Assembly (NCBI GenBank): GCA_047619315.1
Contig: JBLHKB010000002.1
Span: 1-53,253 of the forward strand
Source: Polyangiales bacterium
Lineage (GTDB): Bacteria; Myxococcota_A; Polyangia; Polyangiales; Houyiibacteriaceae
Length of the DNA stretch: 53,253 nucleotides
Direction: 5' to 3'
The notes under the pieces are model-generated. The model was not told the origin of the DNA and searched no databases. It saw only the letters and a program-made list of their open reading frames with translations. A program made the translations under genes and the position numbers. This document shows positions 49,645 to 53,253 of this stretch, piece by piece. Every line of letters starts with the position of its first letter. The first letter of the stretch is position 1.

Positions 49645-52548
49645 TCAGGTTTTTAGGGGCCGAAAGCCGTCGCTGAGACGAATCGTGGACAGGGGCACGA
49701 TCGAGAGGCGTACATCGCGGAGCAAATCAGGGAGGGGATCCAGGACCGCAAGGAGGTCAGCGACGTCGACCTCGCTGCCTTCCCGCAGTACCACGGACAC
49801 CAAGATCTCATGGCCGGCGATTCGCGCCACGGCGAGAACGACGTCGTCAACGGAGTCGAGGGCATCTTCGAGCTCGCGAACGGAGCGCACCTCTCCTTCG
49901 CAGGCGACGATCTCACCCAAGCGGCCAACGAAGCGGTGGTCGCCGTCTTCGTCCGCGACGAGGACGTCGCCGGTCACGAAGTAGGCATCGCCGGATTCGA
50001 ACGCGTCGCGCACTCCGCGGCGAGAAACGGCGGCGTGGTCCGTGCGAGCGAGAAGAACACCAGGTTCGCCCTGCGGAACGGCGTGCAGCCATCCGCCTTC
50101 GCGGACGAGCTCTTTCGTGATCGGGTCAAAGCGAACAAGAACGGTCTCGGCGGAGCCCGGCAACGCTTGCCCCACGGAACCGATCTTCTCACCGCTGGCG
50201 TTCGTGAGGATCGCGTTGACCTCCGTCGAGGCGTAGAACTCCACGACGGACACACGGAAGCGCGCTTCGAGTTCACGCCACACGGAGGTGCGCATTCCGC
50301 TACCGGCGAAGAGTCGCACTGGGTTATTAGCATCACGGGTGGAGAATGGAGCGTTCGTCAACGAGCGCGCAGACTCGCCGGCGTAGAAGACCACGGTGCT
50401 TCCGTAGCGGCGCACCTCTTCCCAGAAAGAACTGGGGTCTCCGTCGACGGTCGCCGGAAAACCGCTGCCTGAGTCCGCCAGCGCTAGTCGAGCGCCGCCG
50501 ACAAGCGCGCCCCCAACGCTCACCACGAGACCGGCGATGTGATGCATGGGGAGGGACGCGTAGACCGTGTCGTCGGGCGTCAGTGTGCACGCCGCGGCGG
50601 CACCGACGGCTGAGAACGCCCAACGGCGCCCGCTGATCTCCGCGGCGCGAAGGCCGCCGGGCTGGTTTCGGCTCGGCGTAAAGAAGATCATGGCCAAGTC
50701 GCCACCGCGGCCTGGATTCGCCACGAACTCTTTTGGCAGCTGAACGCCTTCGACATCGAGGGCTTCCAGATCGATGACGCCGCGGGTGCCGACGTCTTTC
50801 CATGCCTCGGGGTCGTCGCGCTCAGCGCCGCTGCCGAGGATAAATACGTTTCGGACAAGCTCACGCTCGACGAGAAAACTAGCGCGCGCGAGGCGAGCTG
50901 GGTCCACGACACAAACGCTCGCGTTTGAGAGCTTCGTCGCGTCGCGAAGCTGGAGCTGTGTTGCGCGTTCATGCACGAGCGCTGGGACCGCGCCGATCCG
51001 CGAGAGCGCAGCGACGAGCGTCAGGTAGCTGGGCCTTGGACCCATGCAGACGAGGACGCGTTCACCGGGACGAACCCCGGAAAGCCAGAGGCCGCGGACG
51101 ACGGCGTTCACGCGAGCGTCAGCTTGGGCGTAGGTAAACGCCCTCCCGCGGAACAAGAAGAACGTGCGCTCCGGGGAACGCTCGGCCTGTTCGGCGAGGC
51201 TGCGGCCGAAGCCCACGAGGGAGTTGTCGTCGAGCTTCTCGAGCTCGGAGATACGCGGGAGCTGCCAGCGGATGTTCGTCGCGTAATCGCCGGCGTCTTC
51301 GAAGAGGTCGCCGACCGCGGACCAGACGCTTTGGGCGGCGTCTTTGGCGGCGTCGATGAAGAGGCGCACGTCGAAATCGAACTCCTCAAACGCGGCGTCC
51401 TCAACTTCGACGGGCGTGTCTTCTTCGCGAAGAGCGCGCGGGCGAGTGCCCTGGCCGGAGTGCCAGCGCATCCAGTCGAGCACCGTCGGCCACGTGACGG
51501 CGAGGGCTTTGCTGCCGATGACGAGCCCAAAGTGACCCGCCGGGAGACTCACTTCATAAGCTTGGCCGGGAGGGACAACCCGCCGAACGGCGCGCACGGA
51601 TGCGGGGCGGGCGAAGTCGTCGCGTTCGCCGACAAAGAAGAGAACCGGGCACGTGACATCCGCCAATGTGACGCTTCGTCCGTCGATGACGAAGCCCCCG
51701 CTCATCATGCGGTTGTGGACGATGAACTCTTCGAAGAACGTACGGAACGCTGGACCTGGCCACGCGACGAAACCTTCGCCACCCAAGAAGCGGCGGCGCC
51801 CTTCTCTTCTCTCGAGCGCCTGGCGATCATGCAGCTTGGAGAAAAAGTCCGCGACCTGACTCACCTCTTTACGCAGCGACACCAGCTTGAAGCCGGTGCT
51901 GGTGAAGAAGCTGGGCAGCCCTCGCAGTTCGCTGATGGGCTTGGACACGAGAGTTTCGAGGAGGCGCGCGATCTCGGCGGCGGCGGAGTCACCGACGTTG
52001 GGCAAGTTCCGATGAATGTCGACGGGAGAGCCGAAGGTGATGACGCCAGCGAGGCCTTCCGAGCGACGGTAGGCGGCGACCTGGTAACAGAACATCCCGC
52101 CTTGGGAGTAACCCGCCAAGTGAACGTCTTGCTTGGTGAGTTCGCGTACGGAATCGACGCACGCGTCGACGGCGCGGATGTGGTCGTCGAGGGTGCGTTC
52201 CATGCCGCCCTCTTCGCGCTCGGGTGCGCCAAAGTCGCAAACCCAAACGTCGGCGCCGTCTCGGAGAAGCGCCTGCACCACGCTGACGTCCTCCGCGATG
52301 TCGTACACCTCAGCGGTGAGCATCAAGGGAGGAATCAGCAAGATGGGCTGGGTGATCTCGCGCTGCGGGTTGCGCCCACGATAACGACGCAGCCGGTGAT
52401 GTTTGCCCTGGTCGAGGACGTCGTAGGGAGCCCCGTAGGGATCCGTCAGGCGTCCCACCCGCACAATTTCAAGCGCGTTTTGCGCACCGCGCGAGAGGCG
52501 TGTAACCGCGCCCCGCCAACCCTTACCACTGCGTCCGCCCCGACTCAT
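49645..52548 (-). CDS. Alpha/beta hydrolase (PhaC-like) fused to a FATP-like acyl-CoA synthetase domain
   Basis: LLIPPLM, GYSQGG, GHFG; then LPMHH, EFYASTE, TGD, FVGR AMP-binding motifs; architecture like mycobacterial Rv1683. Confidence 0.85.
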   Translation of the reverse strand: MSRGGRSGKGWRGAVTRLSRGAQNALEIVRVGRLTDPYGAPYDVLDQGKHHRLRRYRGRNPQREITQPILLIPPLMLTAEVYDIAEDVSVVQALLRDGADVWVCDFGAPEREEGGMERTLDDHIRAVDACVDSVRELTKQDVHLAGYSQGGMFCYQVAAYRRSEGLAGVITFGSPVDIHRNLPNVGDSAAAEIARLLETLVSKPISELRGLPSFFTSTGFKLVSLRKEVSQVADFFSKLHDRQALERREGRRRFLGGEGFVAWPGPAFRTFFEEFIVHNRMMSGGFVIDGRSVTLADVTCPVLFFVGERDDFARPASVRAVRRVVPPGQAYEVSLPAGHFGLVIGSKALAVTWPTVLDWMRWHSGQGTRPRALREEDTPVEVEDAAFEEFDFDVRLFIDAAKDAAQSVWSAVGDLFEDAGDYATNIRWQLPRISELEKLDDNSLVGFGRSLAEQAERSPERTFFLFRGRAFTYAQADARVNAVVRGLWLSGVRPGERVLVCMGPRPSYLTLVAALSRIGAVPALVHERATQLQLRDATKLSNASVCVVDPARLARASFLVERELVRNVFILGSGAERDDPEAWKDVGTRGVIDLEALDVEGVQLPKEFVANPGRGGDLAMIFFTPSRNQPGGLRAAEISGRRWAFSAVGAAAACTLTPDDTVYASLPMHHIAGLVVSVGGALVGGARLALADSGSGFPATVDGDPSSFWEEVRRYGSTVVFYAGESARSLTNAPFSTRDANNPVRLFAGSGMRTSVWRELEARFRVSVVEFYASTEVNAILTNASGEKIGSVGQALPGSAETVLVRFDPITKELVREGGWLHAVPQGEPGVLLARTDHAAVSRRGVRDAFESGDAYFVTGDVLVADEDGDHRFVGRLGEIVACEGEVRSVRELEDALDSVDDVVLAVARIAGHEILVSVVLREGSEVDVADLLAVLDPLPDLLRDVRLSIVPLSTIRLSDGFRPLKT

Positions 52549-52622
52549 GGGCCCAAGCTACGTGGGTCGACCCGGCAGCGCCAGAGGGAAAGGGACGGGA
52601 AAGCGGGTAAAAGGGACGGAAC

Positions 52623-53253
52623 TCAGAGGGGCAGCGTATCGTCGCTCGCCTTCTTGTAATCCTTGCGGTCTTTGAGGCGCCTCGTGGCGGCAAAGGTCTC
52701 GGCGGCGGAGCTCCCCTCCACGTCGATGGCGCTCATCAGAGCATCCCTGAGCCCCGCATCGTGGTGCCGTAGAAAGGGATTGGTAGCGCGCTCTTCACCG
52801 ATGGTGCTTGGCACGGAGCACTCGCCGCGTTCGCGCAACGCCCAGACCTCTCGAATTCGATTCGCCAGCGCCTCGTTCTTTGAATCGATGCTCCAGGCGA
52901 AGCGAAGGTTGTCCTCCGTGTACTCGTGGGCGCAACAGACGCGGGTGCTCTCATCCAGTGCGGCGAGCTTCTCGAGGCTCGCGTGCATGGCGGCGGGTGG
53001 GCCGTCGAAGAGGTAGCCGCAGCCGGCGCCAAAGAGCGTGTCGCCGCAAAAGAGGATATCCTGAAAGACGTAACTGACGTGCCCCTTGATGTGTCCTTCC
53101 GTCAGAAGAACTCGACCCGTGCAGCTACCGATGGTCACTTCGTCGCCTTCGTCGACGCCGCGCGTCAAGCCCGGCACTCGCTCGGCGTCGCGGGCGGGCC
53201 CGATGACTTCAAGGCCATCCAAGAGGCCGCGCTTTGCCAGGTCCCGGTTGACG
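52623..53253 (-). CDS. gloB: Hydroxyacylglutathione hydrolase (glyoxalase II), 5' end outside the window
   Basis: GHIKGH, LFCGDTLFGAGCG, CCAHEYT, PSTIGEERATNPFLR. Confidence 0.9.
   Translation of the reverse strand, partial: VNRDLAKRGLLDGLEVIGPARDAERVPGLTRGVDEGDEVTIGSCTGRVLLTEGHIKGHVSYVFQDILFCGDTLFGAGCGYLFDGPPAAMHASLEKLAALDESTRVCCAHEYTEDNLRFAWSIDSKNEALANRIREVWALRERGECSVPSTIGEERATNPFLRHHDAGLRDALMSAIDVEGSSAAETFAATRRLKDRKDYKKASDDTLPL

Overview
High-GC DNA with myxobacterial character (Cys-rich lipoproteins, DAG linkers, AgmX/MopE-type proteins, Ser/Thr kinases); Myxococcota/Polyangiales is my inference. The main feature is a greatly expanded His-Xaa-Ser (hxs) radical SAM peptide-modification locus spread over about 14-42 kb. 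It has a 94-aa precursor ending in HCS-(HGS)13-W, hxsB, two hxsD paralogues and six further intact radical SAM genes that share an HxsC-type Px-C...Cx2Cx5CxG tail. These include a double radical SAM fusion with a B12-type N-terminal half, a radical SAM-methyltransferase fusion and a miniature one. A TPR-Fe(II)/2OG dioxygenase fusion and a GNAT are co-transcribed with these enzymes. Three nearby genes missed by the ORF track are broken: a radical SAM, a membrane PEP-utilising enzyme and a DUF483-like protein. A cassette with a secreted metalloprotease and two paralogous lipoproteins separates hxsB from hxsA. Twelve unit-leading genes have a TANNNT -10 box 5-8 nt before the start codon, suggesting widespread leaderless mRNAs. 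No rRNA, tRNA, CRISPR or transposase was recognised. All family calls come from motif reading, not database searches.
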